The notes under the pieces were generated by a model. It was not told the origin of the DNA. It was given only the letters and a program-made list of their open reading frames with translations, and did no database searches. A stretch of DNA of 14,887 nt. It comes from Rotaria socialis. Its lineage: Eukaryota. A program made the translations under genes and the position numbers. Positions 1-10,108 of the stretch are shown here, in pieces. Location: NCBI GenBank assembly GCA_905331485.1, contig CAJNYT010000794.1, positions 113,928-128,814 of the forward strand, written 5' to 3'. Every line of letters begins with the position of its first letter. Positions within the stretch are counted from its first letter, which is position 1.

Positions 1-760
1 GGGTGTTGTCCGGAGACAATTTCAAGAGCCCGATATTTTTCCTACAACTATTACTAGCTGCAGCTCTGGACAGAAGGCCGGCCTGACTCAGAGTTCCTTC
101 TGCTTAATTACTTAAGCTTCCCATGCATTCTGACTAACCACATACTATCCATGAGGATATTTTTATGTATGTCATATGTAATCAGCGTGCTATCGGATGG
201 GTGATCCGAGACAAAGCAGCCGTTAGTAACTTGTCCAAGGTTATTCTATGGATGATGGCGCCGAGGTTTGAACACACTATCTTGTGGATATGTGCCGAAC
301 ATCTTAACCATTCAGTCATAGCGGCTTCTTGAAGAAGGAACTGTGGACCATGTTCGATACATCAAGTAGATCCTTTCAGTAGCTCTCGAATGTGGTACGC
401 AGTGTTTGGGAGTGACTGGACGTTCCAACAAGATGGCGCACGATCACACATTCATCATCTCACTCAAGGATGGTGTCGAAAACATTTTCCACCATTTCCC
501 GATCAATATGAATGGCCCCCAAATAGTCCGGATTTGAATTCTCTGGACTACTGTATCTGGACTGACTTGCCGAAGTTATCAAGTGGGTGAAGGTGTTGTC
601 GAAAAGTCCTTAATTGAAGAACTAAAACGTGCTACAAAATAAATTTGACTTGAAGTCGTCTTTGAACGCTGTGATTCTTGAACTAATCGCTGGCATCGAA
701 TTTCTAAAAATAATGGAAACTATGTTGATTAGTCAATAAATATCAGTTTTGTCAAGAACT
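1..760 (+). mobile_element. Degenerate Tc1/mariner-superfamily DNA transposon fragment. The 5' end is truncated by the window edge. The 3' TIR was not identified.
   Basis: Translation shows recognisable transposase motifs in order: IHEDIFMYVICNQRAIGW (147-200, cf. mariner TGDEKWIxYDN); KVILWMMAP (cf. KTMLCVWWD); WTFQQDGARSH...EWPPNSPDLNSLDYCIW (390-590, the third-Asp region of the DDE/D domain, cf. FLHDNAPSH...YSPDLAPSDY); and RWHRISKNNGNYVD* (688-732, cf. mariner C-terminus RWEKCVASDGKYFE*). The reading frame is broken by in-frame stops (135-137, 330-332, 588-590) and by a frameshift after 588. Confidence 0.75.
138..732 (+). pseudogene. mariner-like transposase pseudogene (multiple stops and a frameshift)
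   Basis: Same evidence as above. Frame 0 is open from 138 to 329, stops at TGA 330-332, resumes to 590, then homology continues in frame +1 to the stop at 730-732. Confidence 0.7.
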
Positions 761-1254
761 GAATTCTGCGTTTATTAAAAAAACGATTAGGTCTTTACGA
801 TAATCCTGAGAGGAGATAATGAAGAAATGATGAGACGGACATTTATTAGGGCTCACCCGTTGATATACATATATTTCGGTATTGAATATCAAGCGAAGTT
901 TTCTAAGCAAGCTTATTCTCGTTGTCTCCATGTTTACTACAAAAGTATCGATAAAATAAAACGTACTGCTAATCTAAACAAATACCGAACGCAAACTAAT
1001 ATTCTAGTTACCAAGTAATATCGAATTTTTTTTATTCTGTAATATGAGTGTATAGGCGATTCTTGTACATAGGGTAGGTAATTTTTATTTTTTTCCAACA
1101 TAAATTATTTGAATCAGCCAAGTGTGACTATTTTGTATGTGACAGCTTCGCTTTTTCCCATTAATACCTGTAATTTTACGTATCATACGTGCGTCTCCTA
1201 CACTCTCTCCATGCTTTGCTGCGAGTTTTTTCGATTGAAAACAAACCAAATGAT

Positions 1255-1276
1255 GGGGTGTGGGTGTGGGTGTGTG
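1255..1276 (+). repeat. Telomere-like hexamer repeat (GGGTGT)n, G-strand, about 3.5 units
   Basis: Direct reading: ggggtgtgggtgtgggtgtgtg. Confidence 0.9.
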
Positions 1277-1321
1277 AATGTCGGTGCGGGCGCTGGACAA
1301 ACGAACATCGATATCCAGAGT

Positions 1322-1354
1322 CCTCACCCACACTTGAGGGTGTGGGTGTGGGTG
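1322..1354 (+). repeat. Small hairpin cacccacac/ttgag/ggtgtgggtg leading into a (GGGTGT)n G-strand block
   Basis: cctcacccacac ttgag ggtgtgggtgtgggtg. The two flanks are exact reverse complements. Confidence 0.8.
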
Positions 1355-1372
1355 CGAGTTTACTGCTTAATT

Positions 1373-1403
1373 ACACCCACACCCACACCCACACCCACAC
1401 CCA
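1373..1403 (+). repeat. Telomere-like repeat (ACACCC)5, C-strand, inverted relative to the blocks at 1255 and 1338
   Basis: Direct reading: acacccacacccacacccacacccacaccca. Confidence 0.9.
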
Positions 1404-1663
1404 AGTTGAATTGCATTCATCTATGTAACCTTTCTTCTTGTAGATCTCGTCTACCAAAACAAGTTTTATATCTTATGTTTTTATCTTCTTGAAACTAGGC
1501 AAGGTGAGTTGACATCTGATCATCCAATATAGTGAATGTAATAATGCATTTTCTTATCAAAAACTTCAATATTAGAAATTTGTGTTCAATATTAACTGAC
1601 ATTCATCTTGCATATGGACAAAAATTCGATCCACTGCATGGGTGTGATCAGAAACAAGGCCAG

Positions 1664-1716
1664 CACCCGCACTCAAGCCCATACACCCGCACCCTACTCC
1701 ACCCACAACCACATCA
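1664..1716 (+). repeat. Degenerate C-strand telomere-like block (CACCCG/CACCCT/CACCCA variants)
   Basis: cacccgcactcaagcccatacacccgcaccctactccacccacaaccaca. It is decayed relative to the perfect units nearby. Confidence 0.6.
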
Positions 1717-2445
1717 AACACTTAATCTAATTTACAAGTTATTTATTGTTTATAAAAAAAAGTTGTAGATTTTCGTTGTTTTCAAAATCTTTGATAAACT
1801 CAAATTCGTGAATCAGCTCTACTAACTCAGATAGTAGCAACATATTTTGTGCCACCATTTCATGAATATCTCTAAATGAACTACTCTGTCTATAGTGATT
1901 GATCAACTCGTTGTAGTCCATTCAATTTATATGTCCTGCTCATGCTGAACTGACGAGTATTCGTTTTCATATGATCATTCAGCATCAACATTCTGTTCTC
2001 CCACTTTTATTTTTTTCAAAAAATGATTCATAATCGTAAGCTGATATATTCGTTATGTAGAGATTTACATCGATTGAAAATAGAGAATAAGAGAGATCAG
2101 GCTTTGGAATATTTCTTTTCAGTTTTTCGATGATTTTCAGCAAAAAGTATAATGAGCATTACTTTGAGTACACGAAAACTACAACGAGTAACTTTAATGC
2201 TTATGTCCGCAAATGACATTCGTTTAATGCACATTTTCAATAGGGGTTGCATCAATAGCTTTTCTAGTTCTATGCTTTGCAGGATAATCTTTCGGATACA
2301 AGATTGTTAATGATTAACAGCAGGGTCCTCTACAAATTACAAAAGTTTTATGTGAAAGAAAAGAAGTTTTAAGTAATGATCATCTCTTTAATAAATCGAA
2401 AATTTACAAGAATTTCATCGTAAAAAAGTAAAATTAAAGCAGTGT

Positions 2446-3210
2446 TCACAGATGAGACATCGCTGCTTGTCCACCGATCCCGGCGAGCCAACATGTAGTG
2501 TTTACGATGTATCGTGCTGTACCGGCGTCATCCCAATTTATATATAATTTTGTGAAACCAGAATCGAAGGATAAACGTCCTTCAGTTGATGTTGCTGGTG
2601 GGTCAAATACAGCAATATTAGGATTGCCATCGGTCGATGTCGCCAAAACGGTAAGTGCAGAACAACTGGCAGTGGTTGAATAAACAGGTTGACAAATAGT
2701 GTGTCCTTCATATAGATTTGTTATTCCAGTAAATATATCATGCTGACCAAAATGTCCAGTTTCTAAATATCCTTTTTCTTTGTATGTGAGCGTTAGTTGT
2801 GCACCGTAACAACCCGTTAGAGTGATGCCAAACCTTTTATTGAGAAAGTTGGACGCATGAGTTATATATGGTACATTGTCTGCGAACAAAAAAATTGCTC
2901 CGCCTGATGCATGAAACTTTATTAAAGCTACATCGAATGTCGGGTCTTGAATAGAAGATGAACTGATAACCCATACTATCCGATAAAGATTTGTGCTTAA
3001 TTCAGATAAAAATTCTGTTTCAGATTTCACATGTTTCACTTGAAAACCTTTAACCATTAAAGCATCAATCGGTTTCTGCATGGCCACATCCGAAAATGCA
3101 CTATCAGAGTAAAACTGTCCAATTAAGACGCAATATCGATTAAAAGCACCGTCTCGACCCAGGTCATAATGTGTTCCGACAGGATTTCCATGTTTATCAT
3201 ACGAATGCAC
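2446..3210 (-). CDS. Single long ORF (254 codons) encoding a protein of unknown function, possibly caspase-fold (peptidase C14/CHAT-like). The N-terminus is unresolved. The ORF's first codon is GTG with an in-frame TAG immediately upstream, so there is probably an upstream exon or the start is an internal ATG.
   Basis: The ORF is far longer than background in AT-rich DNA. Weak motif resemblance to caspase/metacaspase: CVLIGQFY...DVAMQ...ALMVKGFQV (cf. ALIIGINY...NDA...FL..GF), then FHASGG, then TLTGCYGAQ about 35 aa later (cf. SGHG ... DSCHSG). The His is not in the canonical position, so this is tentative. Confidence 0.55.
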   Translation of the reverse strand: MHSYDKHGNPVGTHYDLGRDGAFNRYCVLIGQFYSDSAFSDVAMQKPIDALMVKGFQVKHVKSETEFLSELSTNLYRIVWVISSSSIQDPTFDVALIKFHASGGAIFLFADNVPYITHASNFLNKRFGITLTGCYGAQLTLTYKEKGYLETGHFGQHDIFTGITNLYEGHTICQPVYSTTASCSALTVLATSTDGNPNIAVFDPPATSTEGRLSFDSGFTKLYINWDDAGTARYIVNTTCWLAGIGGQAAMSHL

Positions 3211-5120
3211 ACCAATAATTTCGCTTTGACCAGCAACAGGGTTATAAATATCTGTAGTTGTGCTTTTCTCCTGTGACTAGACCAAAAAAAAACGATGCTT
3301 AGCATTATAGAGTGTAATGTAAGTTGTTATCTCATTATCTTAAAAACTGTTCGCTTAAAGATACTGAGAACAGAACTAAAAAATATTTTCTAGTTGACAC
3401 TATGTGACCTTACTCTTCCGTCGTTTCATTTCATTTTTTACATCAGAAATATTAGTCCTGTAAACGTTGTTCTCTCAAAACTGACACCTAAATTGAAACT
3501 CATCGTACTGTATCTCTAACTGCAAATTTACATAGAAAGTCAGCGCTGAGACAAATAAAGTACAACATGATTTCAATCTTATTCTTGCTCAGCGAACATT
3601 TTTACTTGTTTGATGGTGGATCAGTTCGGAATTTCTCTTACTTACAGTCCAATATTTCCCATTCAATCCTGTATAAACACGTTGTTTTCGCTGTTTTACA
3701 GAGCCATTGCTTGCTTTTGACCGATGATATTTCTAAAATAATAGATTGTATTCTATTGTCTATTCATTTGCATATAATAATTTGTTTACTCTTTTTCTGA
3801 TGTTATTTTTCTTCGATTGAGTTTTCTGGGTAGTGGATTTGCATAATCGTTTTCCTTTTTTCGTTGATGAATTTTCAATATGTTCATGAACCTGAAAACA
3901 AAGGGAGTGATAGAGAAAGTAGTTATTTCTTCTTTGTTTTTTGTTTATTTCAAAGGCATACATCATTAATTTCTTTTGAAGAAGATTTTGTGCTTCGCAG
4001 GCTTCTAGAGTAATTTGACGAGAGTTTTGTTGTCATAGTTACTCTGAAGTATAACAGAATCATGTTCATTAATATTTAATTTGAAATACCAATTACGTAC
4101 CAGACTTACTGTGGTTAGTCAATGATTTTGTTTTTCTTTTCCAGATAAAGAAGCAATGAGCAGAACACATATTTATATACCCACGAAGTGCAGAGCAGAA
4201 TAATAAAAAAATGTGATTTCACAAGTGTGGTGCAATACCAATGTCGTCACGTTTTATAAAGCTACTGCTGGTTAACTGCAAGTTCTCGCTCTAAGTCAGG
4301 TTATCTAAGTGTCTCTGCCGATCAAATTGTTTTTCATAAGATTTTTCTCTTTTTATCAACAGAGAACTTTTGACGAATGTCATTACGCGTATTAATTCTT
4401 GTGATTCATCGGATACATCAAAAGTGTGAGTGTTACGGTATTCCCATGTTGCCATTGTACCTGACATGTTAGCGCAATCATTTTGGATTTTAAAATGTGA
4501 TACATGAACCTTATGTTGTTACTATAGACGCAAAAACTCTTTTATTCCATATCCCTTTGCAATCCTTGAATATACTTTTTAGTAGTCAAAAAAGACGTTA
4601 ATAAGAAAGCTGTTGATATGTTTTATGAGATTTCAAGAACATAAAACCATTAATCTTTCATTGAAGCCGTCTCTAATAACCTGCGATGTTTCTCGAGTTC
4701 GTGTATCACTGTCTGAATGTATGATTTCTTGACCGGACTGAGTAGGGCGGTCAACTTGCGTGAGCCATTGCTTGATTTTCTCATACATTGAGGGCATTGT
4801 TTAATTCTCTATTAGTAATCCTTACAGCTGAATCATTACAAGTATTACCTAACAGTTGAATGCTACTTGCAATGTTTTGCTGAAACATAATTAGTTATAT
4901 AAGACGCTTCTAGTGAATATTAGCTCATTTTTAATATTCATACTCGTGCACATTCATAAAAATAATCACCAATATCTTAGCCCCCTGAATCCCGAGAACT
5001 CTTGCTTACTATTCGAAGCTAAAGAAAGTTTTAAAAAAGACTTTCTTTGGTGTTGTCGCTCTGAATCAGCTGTATATATGTTCTGTATTTTATTCACCTA
5101 TGTCGTATAGATTTGCACTA

Positions 5121-5136
5121 GGGTGTGGGTGTGGGT
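5121..5136 (+). repeat. Telomere-like (GGGTGT)n G-strand, 2.5 units
   Basis: gggtgtgggtgtgggt. Confidence 0.85.
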
Positions 5137-5160
5137 TCGATAATAAATATTCTACTGATT

Positions 5161-5173
5161 CACACCCACAGCC
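5161..5173 (+). repeat. Short C-strand telomere-like block, inverted relative to 5121-5136
   Basis: cacacccacagcc, 24 bp downstream of the G-strand block. Confidence 0.6.
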
Positions 5174-5367
5174 ATTTCAAGGTGCCAGCTTATTCACACT
5201 ATTGCCCTGTGAATTGGATTCTTGTATTACATTATTAGAAATAATCTTGAAAGTTCTTGAAGATATAATTTGTTTTGAACTTTCTTTCGAGAATAATTCA
5301 GAACCATTAAGCCACCTGATGAGACCCTTTAGCTACGTCAAAATCTAGAACATGGCAGCTTATTCAT

Positions 5368-5422
5368 GCCCACGCGTACGCCCACGCCCACGCTTACACC
5401 CACACTCACACCCATACACCCC
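5368..5422 (+). repeat. Degenerate C-strand telomere-like block (CACGCC/CACACC/CATACACCC variants)
   Basis: gcccacgcgtacgcccacgcccacgcttacacccacactcacacccatacacccc. Confidence 0.6.
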
Positions 5423-5503
5423 GTGTCATATAGATATGATGAGATTATATACGATCAAAAGCGAATAATAAAGCACAAGTACAACAAGATTGAAGAATTC
5501 AAA

Positions 5504-6768
5504 TCACTTTGATAGGTATGATTTTGTCTTGAGAATGGCGATCTCGCTCTTTTTCTTCTTCGACACCCATTCCACATACTTCTTGGCAATAAATGTTTCA
5601 TTAAATTCTTTCTTATAATTAGTTGATGGCAGAACATGGAGAATAAAGCCGAGAACTTGTGGGGCATATGAAAGTAGATAAGTAGCAAGTAATGTATGAC
5701 GTTGCCAATCACTAAGTGGTGTACATGCAAAACTAAATGTAAGAATGATTTGAGGCAGAACAGAAATAACAGCAATCGTTGGTGTGACATAGAGTTCCTT
5801 CTGAGTCTTAAATTGTTTCTTTAACACTTCACTAAATGTTACTCTTTGTCCAACCGTTTTTGCTCGACTACGAGCAACTAGAACAATCAAAAAAGTGATG
5901 CAAGTGATTTGGATAAAAAATGGAACGATATAGTGAATGAGAGTAGAAGTTCGATTGTAATTTGATGCCAGGGCGGTGTTAAAGTTTGTCACGTAGACGA
6001 ATGAACCGGTGGGAGTGTACTGAATGATAACGGAATGAATTATTTCAGGCACATGCATAAGAAAGAGGACAATCGACGTTGCAATACTCATTCCGATAGA
6101 TAGACGAGGATTTTTTAGAGATGATGAAGTTGGGATAAGGATTATCAGAAGGCGATCAACAGTAACCCAACTTGTTAGCCAGTAGGTCGATCGTGTGAAT
6201 ACGGGAAGCAAGAAAGAAATAGCTCTACATGTCCCCAGATCAGAGACTTCGATAGTAATTTGAATAAATTTGAAAAACAAAAAGAACAAAGCAGTCTGAT
6301 TGAGACCAGTGAGAATGAACAAAAAGTTGCCCACGCCAAATTTTCGAGGCGTAGGTCGTTTAAATGTGATGAATGAACAGAAATTGTTAAAGAATCCGAT
6401 GATGAAGAGTAGACAAGCTATAGAAGCATAGATGATCTTCACTTGTTTTGAATAATCAACCAGAAGTAAATCGAGAGTGAAGCCAAATGCGTGCAAACTA
6501 AATTCACATCGATGTCCTTGATGACAAGAAGGACAAAGGCAAATGAAGTCGTTTAAATCTTTTGGATCACCTTGAAGACATTTTCCTCCAGAGAGACACT
6601 TGTCACAATGGTCAAGTTGAGTATCGTGTATAAAACAATTGGCACCATAATGATCTGGTTGGCAAATACATATATAGTTTTCGTCATAAAAACAGATATG
6701 TTGAGTGTCGTTTCGACAGATATTATGATATTTAAAAATCGCTGGAACGGACTCATCGATTCGTCGCA
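5504..6768 (-). CDS. Exon 3 (terminal) of the LDLa/EGF/7TM receptor gene. It encodes two EGF-like modules, a seven-helix rhodopsin-like transmembrane domain, a cytoplasmic tail and the stop codon.
   Basis: Open frame. Seven hydrophobic segments: TM1 IIYASIACLLFIIGFFNNF (GN-type Asn); TM3 begins with Cys and ends WVTVDRL (DRY-like); TM5 has Pro; ICL3 is basic. The acceptor tttttag|TG joins in phase with exon 2 (A + TG = Met codon). EGF-like C-x-C-x(n)-C-x-C-x-x-G spacing in FYDENYICICQPDHYGANC and CLQGD...FICLCPSCHQGHRC. Confidence 0.8.
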
Positions 6769-6815
6769 CTAAAAATCGACATCAGATGAATATTTTTATC
6801 TATCTGAAAACTCAC
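6769..6815 (-). other. Intron 2 (47 nt), GTGAGT...TTTTTAG
   Basis: Minus-strand donor GAAA|GTGAGTTTTC and acceptor GATTTTTAG|TG. Splicing keeps the 1102-aa and 421-aa ORFs in one frame. The stop (TAA) 21 nt into the intron explains why the six-frame ORF ends there. Confidence 0.75.
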
Positions 6816-9800
6816 TTTCGGACAACAGTGACAAGGCGTGCGGACAATTCTGTGGAGATGAGGTGATGTTGATCATTCGTTGAACCTGACAATAGATGAT
6901 GAAATATTGCGGATCTGATAAATCTTCATAGATTTTGAGAAATCCGAATTCGGGTGCATAAACACTAGAATGGTAGTAGTTAATCATCGATGGCAAGCCA
7001 TAATAGGCCTTCTGATGTTGGATAGAAAGTGGCAAATCAGAAGCATCACCGCTGTAAAGTTGTACAATGGTCGCACGAGCAGATACTGCCCTTGTTATAT
7101 TCAAAATAACGCGAACAAATGCCATCTCATTTTCACATTGATTTCCATAGAATTGCTGTGAGCAGTTGCACATGTAGGCTTGTTCGCCACTTCGATCATA
7201 ATTAGGAAGACAAGTTCCATTGTTCAAACATGGACTCGAATCGCAATAGTCGTATTTAAAATTGCAATGTGGTCCAAAGTGGCCAAGTGCACATATGCAG
7301 TAAGGATTGTTTCTTTTGACCTGTAGATCATAATGATCTGGTCGACAGAATGCTTTGACTGAACAGTAAGTTCCACAACGATACTCGTACATGCTACAAT
7401 TCGTCCCATAATAACCACTTTTGCAAGAACAATAGTAAGAGTTGTTTTGATTGAAAACTGGCATGCAAGTGGAATTCTCATTGCATCTGTTTTGCCAGCA
7501 AGCATCATGTGTGGTATTTTCCAACCAAGATGGAAATCTCAATACGATCGCCAGACGGAATGCTGGTAGATAATCGAAATAAATTGGGTAGTGCCAAGAG
7601 CCAATTTCTTTGATACTGTTTTCATTTTCAAGGGAGAAAACATCAAAATGAACAGAATATGGATGATTATTGATCACATCAGTTCGATTGAAATAGCGCC
7701 GTTGCTTGTGTACAAGCATCTGTGCAGAACGAGAATACACAAGATAAAATTTATGCTTGATTATTTTGACTCTTTCGAATGTTGGAATAATAGTGAATTC
7801 ATGATGATCGATTATTCTATTATTGAAAAGAAAATTCGCTTTGATTTTGAGGGTCACTTTCGACATTGTCGTCAGCAAGGTGTTCTGATCGAGGTGTGCA
7901 ATAATACTGATTCGATCGCTAAAGAATTCACACCAACGACCATAATAAGCGGGTGGACACAGACATCGAGTTTCATTCATTTGAAGAACAGCAATACCTC
8001 GATTACATTGATACGAATGTACTTTGAAAAAGGAGTCATTTTGAAGGTTAATACTTGATTTTGGCACCTGCTGTTGATTGACATCTACCATACTCTCTGG
8101 TGGGTACGTTATCAGATAGATATTATCAATGTGATTATCTAGGATTTGTCTTTTGCCAAAGCGATAGCTTCTTTGATCGTTGAGAGAACCAGACGGACAC
8201 CAATACTCATCTTCTCCATCCTCACAATCTACTATTCCATCACATCGTGCATTCTTCTTGCATCGATCGTCTCCGTGACAAATGGCATCTTTCTTATTGG
8301 AGCATGATCCGTCTTTATCCCGATACTTTGAGCAAAGAATCTCAGTGCAATTTAACGTTGAGCAAAATTCTACGTAGCTCCTATGTTCACTTCCGCAACG
8401 AAAATGGAAGCCCCACATATTTGTATTATCGGTTTTCGCTGTGAATGTATTCTTTTCGTCGTGGGCATTGTAGCAATCTTCCACACCATCGCCAATCTGA
8501 GTAAGATTGATACATGGAGTATTTGACTGAATATCCAATGGGTTTGATACTCGAGATAGATAACAACCGAATTCAAAAGATGTATTGCAGATTTTCCAAA
8601 ATGGTGGTTTGGAGTATCGTTCTCGACATTTTTCAAGCTGAGAAGGTAAATTTGTGAGATGAGCGTTGTGAATCGTCCATGGTTGATTAAGAACGATGGC
8701 TTCTTCATCGCTTGCGTCTGCACAGTCCCATTCACCATCGCATACCCAATCGAGTAAAATACACTGTCCTGTTCGACATCGATATCGATCATGCTCGCAT
8801 ACCCAATGTTGGCACGAAGAAGACAATTCGTCAATGTGATTGTCCAAATTCCAAAAAGTATCACAATACGATCGAAAAGCGATGAGTTTCTTTGATTCTT
8901 GTCGTTGAGTACTGACGAGGGAAGCGTTGTTGCTTGAATTCTTTGCAGATGATTGCTGAATGTATGCTTTCAAATGGTGGCAATGAGTGGTTCGTGTTTT
9001 CGAACATAAAAGCTGTATTCGAAGAAGACCACCAGTGCCATGCCAATTTTTATCATAGCTGTTCGAACAACTAGGAACGTCTCTACCCAAGTGGCTCAGT
9101 GGCAGACATGCGTAATCATCATCAAAACACTGAAAACGATGTCGTCCTGCATTTCCCGTGCAATAATTCTTGTCAAGGATCATAATTTCATCGCTTGCAT
9201 CAAGGCAGTCGAATGTGCCATCATGAATTCGATATTGTGATATGCATTCACCGGCATAAGGACATATTTCAAGATTAACAGCATATGGGCGACCATTGAA
9301 TGTTAGTGAGTCATTCCAACAGAACTTGTCATTTTGAATTGGTGACAAAAAATCTAGATTCCCATAAATAGGATCAGAAAAGTGACAAAGCTTGTGATGA
9401 ATCAATGGATATGAAATTAGGGCAACATAGAACGGCTCCTCGAATGAGTATTTGGTCTGAAAAAAATACCCTCGACATTTTATGCCGCCAGAAAGTAAGA
9501 AAATCTGAAAACTTGGATTTTCCATAAACTGACTGTAGTTGTAGTAGATCAAAACATTTGGATTGATTAATCCTGCTGGTGGATAGAGAATGAGGTAGTT
9601 CTGTGATGAACACACACTCATCATCATTGGTGTGCAATTCGAATGATTGCATGGACAATCATGCTCCAAACCTTTCGACAAAGCACATCGAAATAGATAC
9701 TGGCATTTTTCTTTGTTGGTTAGGTTTGACGCAATAATCAGATTCCATGGAGGATATCTAGGATCATCGTAGTCTTTATCTGGCCAACATAGTCCACTCT

Positions 9801-10058
9801 CGAGTGTCCAAGCAGGTGGGTTTGAACTCGCTTCACACATATAGTTCCGATTGCGCTTGGTGAAACAGTCATTTTTCGCTGATTCAAATCGATTAAAATC
9901 CATTCGACTGCTCCATTGAACACATTGTCCGTCACCGCATGAGTACCACATCCTACTACATGTATGTTCGTCACATTCTATTGCGTTCGGATGAAATTGG
10001 CACGAGTCTCCACCATCGGAAAAATATTCATCGCTCCAATCCATACAATCGTTGTCAC
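6816..10058 (-). CDS. Exon 2 of the LDLa/EGF/7TM receptor gene, a 3.24-kb extracellular region with several LDL-receptor class A modules, a large Cys-rich region and two EGF-like modules.
   Basis: Uninterrupted 1102-codon frame. LDLa signatures CMDWSDE, DGTFDCLDASDE, CDGEWDCADASDEE, CDGIVDCEDGEDEYWC. EGF-like CQNRCNENSTCMPV...YYCSCKSGYYGTNC and CDSSPCLNNGTCLP...YMCNCSQQFYGNQC. Many N-x-S/T sites. Confidence 0.85.
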
Positions 10059-10108
10059 CTATAAAAACAATGAATGTAATAAGTTCTTTCAGAATTAACA
10101 CCACTCAC
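10059..10108 (-). other. Intron 1 (50 nt), GTGAGT...TTTTATAG
   Basis: Minus-strand donor TTGGATG|GTGAGTGG and acceptor GTTTTTATAG|GTGACAACG. Splicing gives WLDG-DNDCMDWSDE, which completes an LDLa module across the junction. Confidence 0.75.

Noticed and set aside
100-1374. Shared 12-mer ctgcttaattac at 100-111 (inside the mariner relic) and 1363-1374 (abutting the C-strand telomeric block)
   Set aside because: A single 12-nt match in 15 kb of AT-rich sequence is within chance expectation (several are expected), and there is no extended flanking similarity.
1085-1492. ORFs 1109..1492 (+), 1189..1428 (+), 1085..1333 (-) and similarly 5100..5348 (+), 11256..11471 (+)
   Set aside because: They run straight through the (GGGTGT)n / (CACCCA)n hexamer tracts, whose length is a multiple of three. 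Their translations are GVGVG / THTHT low-complexity artefacts, not genes.
2446-3210. Calling the 254-codon ORF a horizontally acquired gene on compositional grounds
   Set aside because: Its GC content (about 40%) is similar to that of the large receptor exon. Composition does not distinguish it, so only homology or phylogeny could support a foreign origin.
3567-3966. Short ORFs 3567..3800 (+) and 3760..3966 (-) and other ORFs of 90 aa or less in AT-rich intergenic stretches (827..1018, 1532..1768, 1739..1921, 4913..5110, 10949..11242, 11571..11814, 13581..13817, 14292..14570)
   Set aside because: Their length is typical of random ORFs in roughly 28% GC DNA. Their composition is Ile/Leu/Phe/Lys/Asn-rich with no recognisable motifs. 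Several start with non-ATG codons in the track.
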